Assembly (NCBI GenBank): GCA_019115335.1
Contig: DXDT01000122.1
Span: 1 to 60,618, forward strand
DNA length: 60,618 nt
Origin: Candidatus Brachybacterium merdigallinarum
GTDB lineage: Bacteria > Actinomycetota > Actinomycetes > Actinomycetales > Dermabacteraceae
Direction: 5' to 3'
A program made the position numbers and the translations under genes. Under the pieces are notes generated by a model, which was not told the DNA's origin, made no database searches, and worked only from the letters and a program-made list of their open reading frames with translations. This document shows positions 28,750 through 38,875 of the stretch, in pieces (position 1 is the stretch's first letter; each line of letters starts with the position of its first letter).

Positions 28750-29457
28750 GTGGAACCACAGCAGATCGGCGAGGAGATCTGGGCCCGCATCACCCCGTCC
28801 GCACCGCCCAGCGGCACCTGGCCGGTGCTCATCGCCCTCGGGGTCGCCGCCGGACTGGTCGTGGTGCCCGCCCTATGGCGGCTGACCCGGCCCGCGGTGA
28901 CGATCGTGCACGAGCTCGGTCACGCCGCGGTGGGCATCCTCGCCGGTCGCCGCTTCACCGGATTCGTGGTCAGCGCCGACATGTCCGGCCACGCCGTCAC
29001 CGTCGGCAAGCGCCGCGGGATCGGGCGGATCCTCACCACCTGGGCCGGCTACCCGGCGCCGGCCGTGCTCGGTGCCGCCCTGATCCAGATCGCGCTCGCC
29101 GGCTGGGCCGGCACCGCCCTGTTCGCGGCGCTGCTGGTGCTGCTGGGCTCCCTGGTCTTCACCCGGTCCCTGCACACCGTCGCCGCCGTGCTCGGCAGCG
29201 CCGCCGCGGTGGGGCTGATCTGGTGGTTCGGGGGCGCTGCGGCAGGCGGCCTGGTGACCCTCGCGATCGGGGCGTTCCTGCTGCTGGGGGCCTGGTCCCA
29301 CCTCGCCGCGGTGATCACCTCCGGGCGCCGCGGCGACGATCCCGCCCAGCTCGCCCAGCTCACCCCGCTGCCCGCCTGGTGCTGGAACGGCACCTTCGTG
29401 CTGGTGCTCGGCGCCTGCACCTGGTGGGCGATCCGCGCCCTGATGTCGGGGAGCTGA
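28750..29457 (+). CDS. M50B-like membrane metallopeptidase
   Basis: IVHELGH (HExxH), WAGYPAP, several TM helices. Confidence 0.88.
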   Translation: MEPQQIGEEIWARITPSAPPSGTWPVLIALGVAAGLVVVPALWRLTRPAVTIVHELGHAAVGILAGRRFTGFVVSADMSGHAVTVGKRRGIGRILTTWAGYPAPAVLGAALIQIALAGWAGTALFAALLVLLGSLVFTRSLHTVAAVLGSAAAVGLIWWFGGAAAGGLVTLAIGAFLLLGAWSHLAAVITSGRRGDDPAQLAQLTPLPAWCWNGTFVLVLGACTWWAIRALMSGS

Positions 29458-29462
29458 CGAGC

Positions 29463-30872
29463 ATGGACTGGGGCGGGATCCTCGTCGTGCTGGACGGGCA
29501 CGATCACCTGATCGCGCGCGAGGTCATCCAGCGCGGTGTCGCCGCCATGTTCGTGATCGCCTTCCTGAGCAGCTTCCACCAGTTCCCCGTGCTGCTGGGG
29601 GAGCGGGGACTGCTGCCGATCCGGGAGCACCTGGCCCGGCCCGGCGCCCGGCGCAGCCCGTCCCTGTTCCACTGGCGGCGCTTCCCCTACACCGATGCCC
29701 GCCTGCGCGCCGTCTGCGTGGTGGGGATGGTGCTGGGAATCTCGGTGGTGCTGGGACTGCCGCAGTCCGGCCCCGCCTGGGCGACGATCCCCGCGTTCGG
29801 CGCGATGTGGTTCCTGTACCTCTCGATCCACTCACTGGGCCGCATCTTCTACGGCTTCGGCTGGGAGTCGATGCTGCTGGAATGCGGGTTCGTGGTCGGC
29901 TTCCTGGGCTCCCACGCCGTCGCTCCGCCGCTGCTGATCCTGTTGTTCCTGCGCTGGTTGCTGATCCGCCTCGAGTTCGGCGCCGGGATGATCAAGATGC
30001 GCGGCGACGCCTCCTGGCGGGATCTGACCGCCATGGACCACCACCACGAGACCCAGCCGATGCCGGGCCCGCTCAGCCGCCTCGCCCACCTCGCACCCCG
30101 CTGGTGGCACCGCCTCGAGGTGCTCGGCAGCCATGCCGTGCAGCTCGGCGTGATCTGGCTGGTGCTGCTGCCCCAGCCGATCGCCTCGCTCGCCGCCTGC
30201 GCCGTGATCCTCACCCAGCTGTTCCTGGTGCTCACCGGCAACTACGCCTGGCTGAACTGGCTGACCATCCTGATCGCCTTCTCCGCGATCAGCGACTCGT
30301 TCCTGCTCGGCACCGCCGCCCCCGCACCTCCGCCCGCCTCCCCGCTGTGGTGGCACCTGCTGATCATCGCGGTCGCCGGATTCCTTGCGGTGCTGTCCTG
30401 GCGGCCGCTGGTGAACCTGTTCTCCGCCGATCAGCTGATGAACGCCAGCTTCAACCGCTTCCACCTGGTCAACGCCTACGGCGCCTTCGGCTCGATGACC
30501 GAGCAGCGGTACGAGGTGATCATCGAGGGCCGTCGCGGCGACCAGTGGCGGGCGTTCGAGTTCAAGGGCAAACCGGGCGACCCCCGCCGTCGTTCCCGGC
30601 AGTTCGCCCCCTACCATCTGCGGCTCGACTGGCAGATGTGGTTCCTGGCCCTGCGGCCGACGGCCCAGTCATGGTTCCTGGAGCTGCTGGAGCGCCTGCG
30701 CGCCGGGGACCCCGCGATCCGGCGCCTGCTGGACCGCGACCCGTTCGACGGCGTCGCCCCTGAGGAGATCCGCGTGCGCTACGTCGCCTATCGCTACGCC
30801 ACCGGGCAGGAGCGGCGGCGCAGCGGCCGCTGGTGGATCGACACGGACCTCGGCGTCATCGCGCGAGTCTGA
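29463..30872 (+). CDS. Lipase maturation factor (LMF1) family membrane protein
   Basis: GERGLLP, FGWESMLLE, FGAGMIKMRGD, HETQPMP, TGNYAWLN, NAYGAFG, APYHLRLDWQMWF. Confidence 0.93.
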   Translation: MDWGGILVVLDGHDHLIAREVIQRGVAAMFVIAFLSSFHQFPVLLGERGLLPIREHLARPGARRSPSLFHWRRFPYTDARLRAVCVVGMVLGISVVLGLPQSGPAWATIPAFGAMWFLYLSIHSLGRIFYGFGWESMLLECGFVVGFLGSHAVAPPLLILLFLRWLLIRLEFGAGMIKMRGDASWRDLTAMDHHHETQPMPGPLSRLAHLAPRWWHRLEVLGSHAVQLGVIWLVLLPQPIASLAACAVILTQLFLVLTGNYAWLNWLTILIAFSAISDSFLLGTAAPAPPPASPLWWHLLIIAVAGFLAVLSWRPLVNLFSADQLMNASFNRFHLVNAYGAFGSMTEQRYEVIIEGRRGDQWRAFEFKGKPGDPRRRSRQFAPYHLRLDWQMWFLALRPTAQSWFLELLERLRAGDPAIRRLLDRDPFDGVAPEEIRVRYVAYRYATGQERRRSGRWWIDTDLGVIARV

Positions 30873-30879
30873 GCACGGG

Positions 30880-31896
30880 TCAGGCCTGCAGCAGAGCTCC
30901 CCGCACGATCGCGGCGACCAGCACGAGGGAGGGCAGCAGCAGGACGGCGTTCCACCACTTCCGGTAGCTCATCACCGCGATGAACTCGCGCAGCGTGGCA
31001 CTGGGCACGTAGTACCAGGCGGTGCGCCCGCCCACGGCCTCGTCCGCGTATCCCAGCCGGCGCGCCAGCAGCGCGGCCCGGAAGGCGTGGTAGCGCGAGG
31101 TGACCACCAGGTACGGGCCCTGATGCCCCGCCTTCTCCAGGAGCCGGTGCGAGAACGTCAGGTTCTCCTCGGTGGTGGCCGACTCGGTCTCGGCGAGCAC
31201 CCGATCTGCAGGCACCCCGGCCTCCTCCACCAGGTACTCCGCCATCGCCTCGCCCTCGGAGCGGGGCTCGTCCGCCCCCTTGCCGCCGGAGGGGACCAGC
31301 AGCGGATCCAGGCCCTGGGCGAGCAGCTCCGCGCGCACGCCCACCGCTCGGTCCAGGCGCCCGCGCAGCAGGGGAGTGACCTTCCCGCGGATCAGCCCCG
31401 CCCCGTGCACGATGACCGCCGTGGGCTGCAGGGGCCGCGGGAACAGCAGGTACAGCACCGAGGCGGAGAGGAACACCAGGAACGCCAGCCCCAGGTGCAG
31501 GCTCAGCAGCGCCAGCAGGGTCCCCAGCCCCAGGCCCACCGGATGCAGGGTCGCGATCGAGGCCGCGGAGACCACCGGCGCGGCGAGCAGAGCCACCCCA
31601 CCCAGGCCCGCGAGGGCGTTGCCGAGGGTGCGGCCCTCCTTGCGCAGCATCGTCAGACCGTTGGCGATCAGGTACCCGGCCAGCACCAGCACCCCGAGCA
31701 GCAGCAGACCCGTCCCCGCCAGCACCAGCAGCGACCCCAGGGGAAGGGTCGTCTCGACCACCCGCACCAGCAGGCCGAGCGAGGAATGGGCGGCGATCAG
31801 GAACAGCACGCCGTTGCGCACGCGGCGGCGATCCCGGCGGAACACCAGCCAGAACACCGCCCACCAGAAGAGCGTTCCCAGAGCAGCACTCAGCAC
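30880..31896 (-). CDS. YdcF/ElyC-SanA (DUF218) family membrane protein
   Basis: LLRGRLDRA, SGGKGADE..SEGEAM, ESATTEENL, VTSRYHAFRA, LREF. Confidence 0.9.
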   Translation of the reverse strand: MLSAALGTLFWWAVFWLVFRRDRRRVRNGVLFLIAAHSSLGLLVRVVETTLPLGSLLVLAGTGLLLLGVLVLAGYLIANGLTMLRKEGRTLGNALAGLGGVALLAAPVVSAASIATLHPVGLGLGTLLALLSLHLGLAFLVFLSASVLYLLFPRPLQPTAVIVHGAGLIRGKVTPLLRGRLDRAVGVRAELLAQGLDPLLVPSGGKGADEPRSEGEAMAEYLVEEAGVPADRVLAETESATTEENLTFSHRLLEKAGHQGPYLVVTSRYHAFRAALLARRLGYADEAVGGRTAWYYVPSATLREFIAVMSYRKWWNAVLLLPSLVLVAAIVRGALLQA

Positions 31897-32013
31897 GCGG
31901 GTCCTCTCATCGGCGGCGGGCAGCAGAGCACCACCCTAGTGGGGCGGGTTGAGCGGCGCGTCACACCGTGGGAGGATTCCGGGCGACCTTCTCGCGCGAC
32001 ATCGGAGTACCAC

Positions 32014-33576
32014 GTGAGCACTTCTGCCACCGACCAGGTCGATCCCCCGCGACGGCGACGCCTCCTCGGGCGGATGCTCGACGGCATCGAGACCGTCGGC
32101 AACAAGCTGCCCCACCCGGCCACTCTCTTCGCGATCCTCACCGTGGTGGTGGTGCTGGTCTCCTGGCTGCTCGCACGGATGGACGTGAGCGTCCACAACG
32201 CCGTCGACGGCGAGCGGGTCGAGGTGGTCGACCTGCTCTCCCGGGAGGGCGTCCAGTGGCTGTTCACCTCCGCGGTGGACAACTTCCTCGGCTTCGCCCC
32301 GCTCGGGGTGGTGCTCGTGACCATGATCGGCATCGGCATGGCCGAGCAGACCGGACTGATCAGCACCCTGCTGCGCGCCTTCGTCCTCTCGGTGCCCAGG
32401 ACCCTGGTCACCGCGGGCGTGGTGTTCGCCGCCGTGATGTCCTCGGTCGCCAGCGACGCCGGCTACGTGGTGCTGCCGCCCCTGGCCGCGATGCTGTTCG
32501 TGGCGCTGGGGCGGCATCCGCTGGCCGGGATCGCCGCCGCCTTCGCGGGGGTCTCCGCCGGGTTCAGCGCGAACCTGCTGCTCTCGGGGACCGACGTGCT
32601 GCTGGGAGAGCTGACCATCCAGGCCGCCGCCACCCTCGACCCGGAGTACGCCGAGGGCATGAACCTGGCGATGAACTACTGGTTCATCATCGTCGCCACG
32701 TTCCTGCTGACCATCGTCGGCACCCTGGTCAGCCGGTACATCGTCGAACCGCGGCTGGGGGAGTGGAAGGGCGAGGGCGTGGTCGCGGGCGACGAGGAGT
32801 CCCTCACCCTCAGCGCGATCGAGAAGAAGGGCCTGCTGTGGGCGGGCGTCACGCTGCTGATCACCGCCGCCCTGCTGGCGCTGACGATCGTGCCGCCGAA
32901 CGCTCCGCTGCGCGGCGAGGACGGCGCCGTGGTCCAGTCGCCCTTCATGGACTCACTGGTGATCATCATCGTGATCGTCTTCTTCGTCCCGGGCCTGGTC
33001 TACGGGATCGTCACCCGCTCGGTCAGGAACGACACCGACGGCGTGAACCACCTCAGCCGCACCCTCGAGAGCATGGCCATGTTCATCGTCCTGGCCTTCT
33101 TCGCCGGGCAGTTCATCGCCTACTTCGACCACACCAACCTGGGGCTGATGGTCTCGATCGCGGGCGCGGACCTGCTCGAGTCGATCAATCTCGGCGGGTT
33201 CCCGCTGATCATCCTGTTCATGCTGTTCGTGGGCGGAGTGAACATCTTCGTAGGATCGGCCAGCGCGAAATGGGCGATGCTCGCACCGGTGATGGTGCCG
33301 ATCATGATGCAGCTGGGGATCTCGCCGGAGTTCACCCAGGCGGCCTACCGGGTCTCCGATTCGACCTTCAACATCCTCAGCCCCCTGCTGCCCTACTTCG
33401 CGGTCATCATCGCGGTGGCGCAGAAGTACGACAAGCGGATCGGGATCGGCTCCCTGATCTCCGTGATGCTGCCCTACGCGATCCTGTTCTTCCTCGCCTG
33501 GGGCGCCATGACGCTGGGCTGGTTCGCACTGGACCTGCCGCTCGGCCCGGGGTCACCGGTCACCTACGAGGGGTGA
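32014..33576 (+). CDS. abgT: AbgT family transporter
   Basis: IETVGNKLPHP, NFLGFAPLG, GRHPLAG, GFSANL, SASAKWA, AYRVSDS, LPLGPG. Confidence 0.93.
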   Translation: MSTSATDQVDPPRRRRLLGRMLDGIETVGNKLPHPATLFAILTVVVVLVSWLLARMDVSVHNAVDGERVEVVDLLSREGVQWLFTSAVDNFLGFAPLGVVLVTMIGIGMAEQTGLISTLLRAFVLSVPRTLVTAGVVFAAVMSSVASDAGYVVLPPLAAMLFVALGRHPLAGIAAAFAGVSAGFSANLLLSGTDVLLGELTIQAAATLDPEYAEGMNLAMNYWFIIVATFLLTIVGTLVSRYIVEPRLGEWKGEGVVAGDEESLTLSAIEKKGLLWAGVTLLITAALLALTIVPPNAPLRGEDGAVVQSPFMDSLVIIIVIVFFVPGLVYGIVTRSVRNDTDGVNHLSRTLESMAMFIVLAFFAGQFIAYFDHTNLGLMVSIAGADLLESINLGGFPLIILFMLFVGGVNIFVGSASAKWAMLAPVMVPIMMQLGISPEFTQAAYRVSDSTFNILSPLLPYFAVIIAVAQKYDKRIGIGSLISVMLPYAILFFLAWGAMTLGWFALDLPLGPGSPVTYEG

Positions 33577-33605
33577 GTGCCGGCTGAGCCCGGGCCGCGG
33601 CGGGC

Positions 33606-35018
33606 TCAGGCGCCGGCAGCGAAGGGCGCCAGGTGCTTCCCGATGTGCTCGGCGACCAGCTCGGTGTGCTCCGTCTGGTTCGCGGCGACCACGGTGAGGA
33701 AGCGCTCGCGGATCGAGGTGCCGTCCGCCAGGGTCCCGTTCAGGGAGTCGCCGTATCCAACGTGGAGGATCTGTCGGGCGTCGTCGGAATGGATCAGCGC
33801 GGTGAGGTCGACGCCCTCGAGGGTGACCGGAGTGCGGTCCTCGTGCGCGGAGACCTGGTAGGAGGCGCGGGCCTTCGCGTAGGCGGCGCGGGAGATCTCC
33901 CAGATCCGGGCGAACAGCTCCTGGTCGTGGCGGGCGACGATCTCCACGGCGCACAGGTAGCTGGTGCCGGAGGTCTTCAGGTGCACCCGGCCGCCGGTCG
34001 CAGCGACGCACAGCGGGTAGATCGAGAACTTGTCCGAGCCCGAGTGCAGCGAGATCTTGTAGCCCCCGAACTGCTCGGAGATCGCGTGGTGCGCCTCGAG
34101 GTTCAGGCGCAGCTCCTCGGTGTCGCCCAGGAAGTCCAGGCCCTTCTCGAAGCCGTCCACGTAGCGCGGGGCGAAGCTGAACCAGCTCGCCCCCAGCCGC
34201 TGCAGCTCGGCGGCGAGGTAGTAGTGCTCGAAGAAGGTGGTCAGCCAGGCGGTCTCGTCGACTGCGAACTCGACCTCGATCTCGTGCTGGGCGTTGTCGG
34301 TGACGTGGCGGTACAGGCGGATCGCCTCGGCGACCGCGGCGCCGTACTTCACCGCGGCGGTGACGACGTCCTGCTCGGTGACGGTGATCTGGGAGTGCCC
34401 GACGTCGATCGTGCGGCCGGCGAAGCGGGCGATGGTGTCCTCGAGCGTGGTCTCCAGCACGTCCCAGGGCAGGGAGTCAGCATCGGCCGCGGTGACGCCG
34501 GCGGTGACGTCGGCGACGAAGTCGCCCGGATCCAGGGTGAACATGGTGAAGCCCGCGGCGAGACCGCGGTCGATGCCCTCGGTGGTCTTGATGTGGTCGC
34601 AGTCGGCGCCGAAGCCGCGGTCCCAGCCGGCCTCGAGCAGGCCGAACACGGCGTCGTCCATCACCGACTGCGCCGTGCGGTCCAGCCGGTCCATCTCGCG
34701 GATCGACTGCTGGGACAGCACCGGCATCACGCCCTCATGGGCGGTGAAGGCGCGGGCCTGCCCCGGGGTGGCCAGGCCGATGCGGTCGCCGGTGCCCACC
34801 GAGACCGGGTGGGAGCCGATCAGCTGGGGCCGCAGGGCGGGGAACACCTGCTGCAGGGCCTTCGCGTTGCGGGTGCTCAGCGGACCGGTCAGGGTGCTCT
34901 GCGCGATCTCGCCCTCGAAGGGCTCGAGCAGCTGGGCGTCCTGGGCGGTCACCTGCAGGAAGCGGGTGGAGCCGTCGTGGACGATGTCAGCGGTCAGGGA
35001 ATCGGTGCTCAGGGACAT
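33606..35018 (-). CDS. uxaE: Tagaturonate/fructuronate epimerase
   Basis: GTGDRIGLATPG, QQSIREM, FGADCDHIK, FEKGLDF, SLHSGSDKF, HLKTSGTSYL, RQILHVGYG. Confidence 0.88.
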   Translation of the reverse strand: MSLSTDSLTADIVHDGSTRFLQVTAQDAQLLEPFEGEIAQSTLTGPLSTRNAKALQQVFPALRPQLIGSHPVSVGTGDRIGLATPGQARAFTAHEGVMPVLSQQSIREMDRLDRTAQSVMDDAVFGLLEAGWDRGFGADCDHIKTTEGIDRGLAAGFTMFTLDPGDFVADVTAGVTAADADSLPWDVLETTLEDTIARFAGRTIDVGHSQITVTEQDVVTAAVKYGAAVAEAIRLYRHVTDNAQHEIEVEFAVDETAWLTTFFEHYYLAAELQRLGASWFSFAPRYVDGFEKGLDFLGDTEELRLNLEAHHAISEQFGGYKISLHSGSDKFSIYPLCVAATGGRVHLKTSGTSYLCAVEIVARHDQELFARIWEISRAAYAKARASYQVSAHEDRTPVTLEGVDLTALIHSDDARQILHVGYGDSLNGTLADGTSIRERFLTVVAANQTEHTELVAEHIGKHLAPFAAGA

Positions 35019-35060
35019 CGGAACTCCTCGTTCGTCAGGGTGATCGGAAATGGATGGGGG

Positions 35061-36083
35061 TCAGGCGGGGGTCGGGAACTCGATGAGGACCTTGATGTCC
35101 TCGGTCGAGCCGGCGGCGGCGGATTCCAAGGCGGAGGTGGCCTCCTCGAGCGGGACGACGCGGGTGCGGATCGGGGCGAGGTCCACCGCCCCGCTCTGCA
35201 GCAAGTCGATGAGCGTGGGGAACACCTCGCGGCTGTTGCGCGAGCCGAACAGGTTCAGCTCCTTCTTGATCAGCAGCGACTGGTTGAAGGTGACCTCGCG
35301 GGTGCCGTTGCCGATCAGCACGATCCGGGCGCCGACGGCGGCGGCCTCGACCGCGTTCAGGAAGGAGACCGGCAGCCCGGTCGCCTCGCACACCACGTCG
35401 AAGCCGTCCTCCCCGGTCGCGGCGGCGGCGGCCTCCGCGGCGGTCATGGCGGTGAGGTCGACGGTGCCCTCGGCCCCGAGGGCGCGCGCGACCTCCAGGC
35501 GGGAGGCGACGACGTCGGCGATCCAGACCTCCGCACCGCGGGAGCGGGCGGCGACCAGGGTCAGCAGACCGATCGCCCCGGCGCCCAGGACCAGCACCCG
35601 GTCCCCCTCGCCGACATCCGCCCGCAGCACCGCGTGGTACCCGATCGAGAAGGGCTCCACCATGGCGAGGTCACGAGGGTCCACGCCGTCGGCCCGGTGC
35701 AGGTGCTCCAGCGGCATCGTGATCAGCTCCTGGAAGGAGCCGTCGCGGTGCACGCCCATGGTCTCGTTGCGGCGGCAGGCGTTGATCAGGCCGCGCCGGC
35801 ACGAGTAGCAGGTGCCGTCGTGGAAGTACGGCACGCCGGTGACGACGTCCCCGGGAGCGAACTGCTCGGCCTCGCCGTTGATCTCGAGGATCTCCGCGGA
35901 GAACTCGTGCCCGGGCACCCGGGGATAGGTCGCGAAGGGCTGGGTGCCCCGGTAGGTCTGGATGTCCGATCCGCAGATGCCGGTGAGGAGCACCCGCAGC
36001 AGCGCCTCCCCGGGAGCGGGGGTCGGGGCCGGGGCGTCGACGACGGCGACGCTGCCGGGCTCGGTCACATGGATGGATCTCAT
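35061..36083 (-). CDS. Zn-dependent sugar-acid dehydrogenase (L-galactonate/L-gulonate 5-dehydrogenase-like)
   Basis: GICGSD, YPRVPGHE, NETMGVHRDG, GAGAIG, KKELNLFGSRNS. Confidence 0.85.
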   Translation of the reverse strand: MRSIHVTEPGSVAVVDAPAPTPAPGEALLRVLLTGICGSDIQTYRGTQPFATYPRVPGHEFSAEILEINGEAEQFAPGDVVTGVPYFHDGTCYSCRRGLINACRRNETMGVHRDGSFQELITMPLEHLHRADGVDPRDLAMVEPFSIGYHAVLRADVGEGDRVLVLGAGAIGLLTLVAARSRGAEVWIADVVASRLEVARALGAEGTVDLTAMTAAEAAAAATGEDGFDVVCEATGLPVSFLNAVEAAAVGARIVLIGNGTREVTFNQSLLIKKELNLFGSRNSREVFPTLIDLLQSGAVDLAPIRTRVVPLEEATSALESAAAGSTEDIKVLIEFPTPA

Positions 36084-36104
36084 CAGGTGCCTCCGAAATC
36101 GTTG

Positions 36105-36120
36105 ATGTATACGGTTACAT
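36105..36120. promoter_or_regulatory. Probable LacI-family operator ATGTATACGGTTACAT
   Basis: Imperfect palindrome with central CG between the dehydrogenase and the divergent LacI gene. Confidence 0.55.
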
Positions 36121-36215
36121 TCTCGAGACCAGGTGGTCAAGGCGTACCCTGGTGACCGCCATCGCATTGCTGCAATTGTTGCACGGGCGCGGACGGACCA
36201 CGGAGAGGAGCCACG

Positions 36216-37211
36216 ATGAGCGTGACACTGCGGGACATCGCCGCGCGCGCGGGGGTGTCCGTGGCCACGGCGTCCCGCTCGTTCCAGCGCCCCGAGATGG
36301 TGGGCGCCGCGACCCGCGCCGCGGTGGAGCAGGCGGCCGAGGAGCTCGGCTACACGCCCAACCGCTCCGCGCGGGCCCTGATCACCGGGCGCAGCGAGGT
36401 GTTCGGGGTGATCGTGCCCGACCTCGAGAACCCGTTCTTCCCGGCGGTGCTGAAGGGAGCTCAGGCCCGGGCGCACAGCCAGGGCCTGCAGCTCCTGTTC
36501 GCCGATGCCGAGGAGTCGCCGCAGGGGGAGCTGCCGCTGGTGCAGACCCTGGCCCCGCAGGTGGACGGGATCGTCCTGTGCTCGAGCCGGATGAGCGCGA
36601 GCGACCTGCGCGAGGCCGCCTCGCTGCGCCCGCTGGCCCTGGTCAACCGGGTGGTCGACGGCCTGCCGGGAGTGTTCGCCGATCCCGTGCCGGGCCTCCC
36701 GGCGGCTGTGCGGCACCTGCACCGGATGGGCCATCGCCGGATCGGATACGTCGGCGGCCCCGAGACCAGCCGCTCCGACACCGCCCGCCGCGGCGTCCTG
36801 GAGTCGGTCTGCGCAGAGCTCGCCGTCGGCCTCGAGGACCTCGGGCACTTCTCCCCGACACCGGAGGGCGGACGCGGCGGCGCCGAGGCCGTGCTCATGA
36901 CCGAGGTGACCGCCGCCATCGTCTACAACGACTTCATGGCGATCGCGCTGGTCGAGCGCCTGCGGGACTTCGGGGTGGCGGTCCCGACCGACATCTCGGT
37001 GGTGGGCTGGGACGACATCGAGTTCGCCTCCCTGCTCAGCCCCGGCCTCAGCACCGTCCAGGTGCCCCGCTACGACATGGGCGCCACCGCGGTGGACCTC
37101 CTGCGACAGGGGGCTGATCCCGGCACGACCGTCCACCTGCCCACCACCTTCGTCCCTCGCGGCTCCACCGCCGTGGCCACGCCGCCGCGGCCCGATACGC
37201 TGAGCGGATGA
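36216..37211 (+). CDS. LacI family transcriptional regulator
   Basis: VTLRDIAARAGVSVATASR, YTPNRSARAL, PDLENPFF, ISVVGWDD, PGLSTV. Confidence 0.95.
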   Translation: MSVTLRDIAARAGVSVATASRSFQRPEMVGAATRAAVEQAAEELGYTPNRSARALITGRSEVFGVIVPDLENPFFPAVLKGAQARAHSQGLQLLFADAEESPQGELPLVQTLAPQVDGIVLCSSRMSASDLREAASLRPLALVNRVVDGLPGVFADPVPGLPAAVRHLHRMGHRRIGYVGGPETSRSDTARRGVLESVCAELAVGLEDLGHFSPTPEGGRGGAEAVLMTEVTAAIVYNDFMAIALVERLRDFGVAVPTDISVVGWDDIEFASLLSPGLSTVQVPRYDMGATAVDLLRQGADPGTTVHLPTTFVPRGSTAVATPPRPDTLSG

Positions 37212-37684
37212 CCCCTCCACCGCTCAAGCTCGCCGTGGGCGACCCCGCCCCGGCTTTCGACCTCCCCACCGCCCGAGGGGGCCGGGTCTCCCTGGCCGAG
37301 CTGGCCGGCGCCCCGGCCCTGATCTGGTTCTATCCCGCGGCGAACACCTCGCTGTGCACGAAGCAGGCCTGCGACCTGCGGGACAACCACCAGATGTTCC
37401 TCGACGCCGGCTACCGGGTGGTGGGCATCTCCCCCGACCCCGTGGCGGAGCTGGATCGATTCGTCCGCGAGCAGGAGCTGCCGTACACCCTCGCCTCCGA
37501 CGAGTCCCATGAGGTGATGACCGCCTACGGGGCCTGGGGCGAGAAGAACATGTACGGCAGGCTCGTCGAGGGCACCATCCGCTCGACCTTCGCGATCGAC
37601 GCCGAAGGCGTGCTGACCTTCGTCAAGTACCGGGTGGGCACCCCGAAGCACATCTCGCTGCTGCGGGAGAAGCTCGCACTGTGA
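37208..37684 (+). CDS. bcp: Thioredoxin-dependent peroxiredoxin (BCP)
   Basis: FYPAANTSLCTKQAC, GISPD, YGAWGEKNMYG, RSTF. Confidence 0.93.
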   Translation: MTPPPLKLAVGDPAPAFDLPTARGGRVSLAELAGAPALIWFYPAANTSLCTKQACDLRDNHQMFLDAGYRVVGISPDPVAELDRFVREQELPYTLASDESHEVMTAYGAWGEKNMYGRLVEGTIRSTFAIDAEGVLTFVKYRVGTPKHISLLREKLAL

Positions 37685-37744
37685 CGTGATCCGTACCCGC
37701 TCGCTTTGGCGCAGCCCGAGCGAGACCGTATGCTGGTCCGGCCA

Positions 37745-37834
37745 GGAGACGTGGCAGAGCGGCCGAATGCGCTCCCCTGCTAAGGGAGTAGGTGGTGATA
37801 AACCGCCTCGGAGGTTCAAATCCTCTCGTCTCCG
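37745..37834 (+). tRNA. tRNA-Ser(GCT)
   Basis: GGAGACG/CGTCTCC acceptor stem, CTCCC-CTGCTAA-GGGAG anticodon arm, long variable arm, GGTTCAAATCC. Confidence 0.97.
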
Positions 37835-37840
37835 CCGCAT

Positions 37841-37885
37841 GAGGAAGCCCTTCCCCGCGAGATCCTCGCGGGGAAGGGCTTCTTC
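37841..37885. terminator. Bidirectional intrinsic terminator-like hairpin
   Basis: GAAGCCCTTCCCCGCGAG-ATC-CTCGCGGGGAAGGGCTTC between the tRNA and the convergent GntR gene. Confidence 0.8.
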
Positions 37886-37897
37886 GTGCCCCGGGGC

Positions 37898-38668
37898 TCA
37901 GGGGGTGGAACGGGGGTCGGCCTCGAGGGCGGTCCACTCCGGCCCGTCGGTCTCCAGCAGATCCGGATCGCGCACCAGCTCCTGCTCCTCCCCGCCGCCT
38001 CGCAGCCGCGCCGCGAGGTCGCGCAGCGATTCGCGCAGCACCTTCCGAGCCGTGGAGGCGTCCCCGGCCTCGAGGGCGGCTACCAGCGCCTCATGGGTCT
38101 CGGTGAGGTCGGCGCGCACGCCGTACCCGCGCGGATCGGAGAAGGTGCCCATCCGGGTGAGGATCACGATCGTGTTCATCGCCGTGGCCAGGAAGCGGTT
38201 GCGGGAGATCTCCGCGAGCCGCTGATGGAGATCGAGATCGGCGTTACCCGCCTCGATCACCTCCTCGGCCCGGAGCGCGCGGCGGGTGCGCTCGACGCAC
38301 TCCCGCAGCGGGGCGAGCAGCGCGGGGATCTGCTCCTCCTCCCCGCTCGTGCGCAGTGCCGTGACGTGCTCGGCGACGTTCGTCGCGGCCTGCATCTCGA
38401 TGCCGAGCCGGTAGTCGATGAAGTCCGTCATTGTCGCCGCGTCCATCGTCGTCACGAACAGCCCGCGCCCCGGGTGCTGGGTGAGGAGCCCGTCGCGGAC
38501 CAGGCGCTGGCACGCCTCGCGCAGCGAGGAACGGGAGATCCCCATCTCCCGAGAGACCTGGACCTCCGGCACCCCGTCGCCCGGGCGCAGCTGACCGTAG
38601 TAGATGGCATTGCGCAGCTCGAGCTCGGCCTGATCGATGATCGAGGGCCGGCGCAGCGGTTGCATCAT
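37898..38668 (-). CDS. GntR family (FCD domain) regulator, divergent from ehu operon
   Basis: LRPGDGVPEVQVSREMGISRSSLREA wHTH; DLDLHQRLAEISRN FCD motif. Confidence 0.9.
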   Translation of the reverse strand: MMQPLRRPSIIDQAELELRNAIYYGQLRPGDGVPEVQVSREMGISRSSLREACQRLVRDGLLTQHPGRGLFVTTMDAATMTDFIDYRLGIEMQAATNVAEHVTALRTSGEEEQIPALLAPLRECVERTRRALRAEEVIEAGNADLDLHQRLAEISRNRFLATAMNTIVILTRMGTFSDPRGYGVRADLTETHEALVAALEAGDASTARKVLRESLRDLAARLRGGGEEQELVRDPDLLETDGPEWTALEADPRSTP

Positions 38669-38875
38669 GGGCAGCTTCACGCGGTCGGCGCCAGCGAAAG
38701 GTGAGGTCACGAGCATTCTCCCGGGAGAACAGGAACAGGAAACGTATAACGACCGGATCACGATACGAAGCGCGGCTCGGCAGTGCCCCCAGTCTAAGGA
38801 CTACGGTGGACCACGATCCGGTGTCTGTTCATCGGATTGTCCGACACTGATGAGTCTCGAGAGGAATCCTCCCCC

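Noticed and set aside
37745-37897. Integration at tRNA-Ser(GCT)
   Set aside because: The tRNA is followed directly by a terminator and ordinary genes; no att duplication seen.
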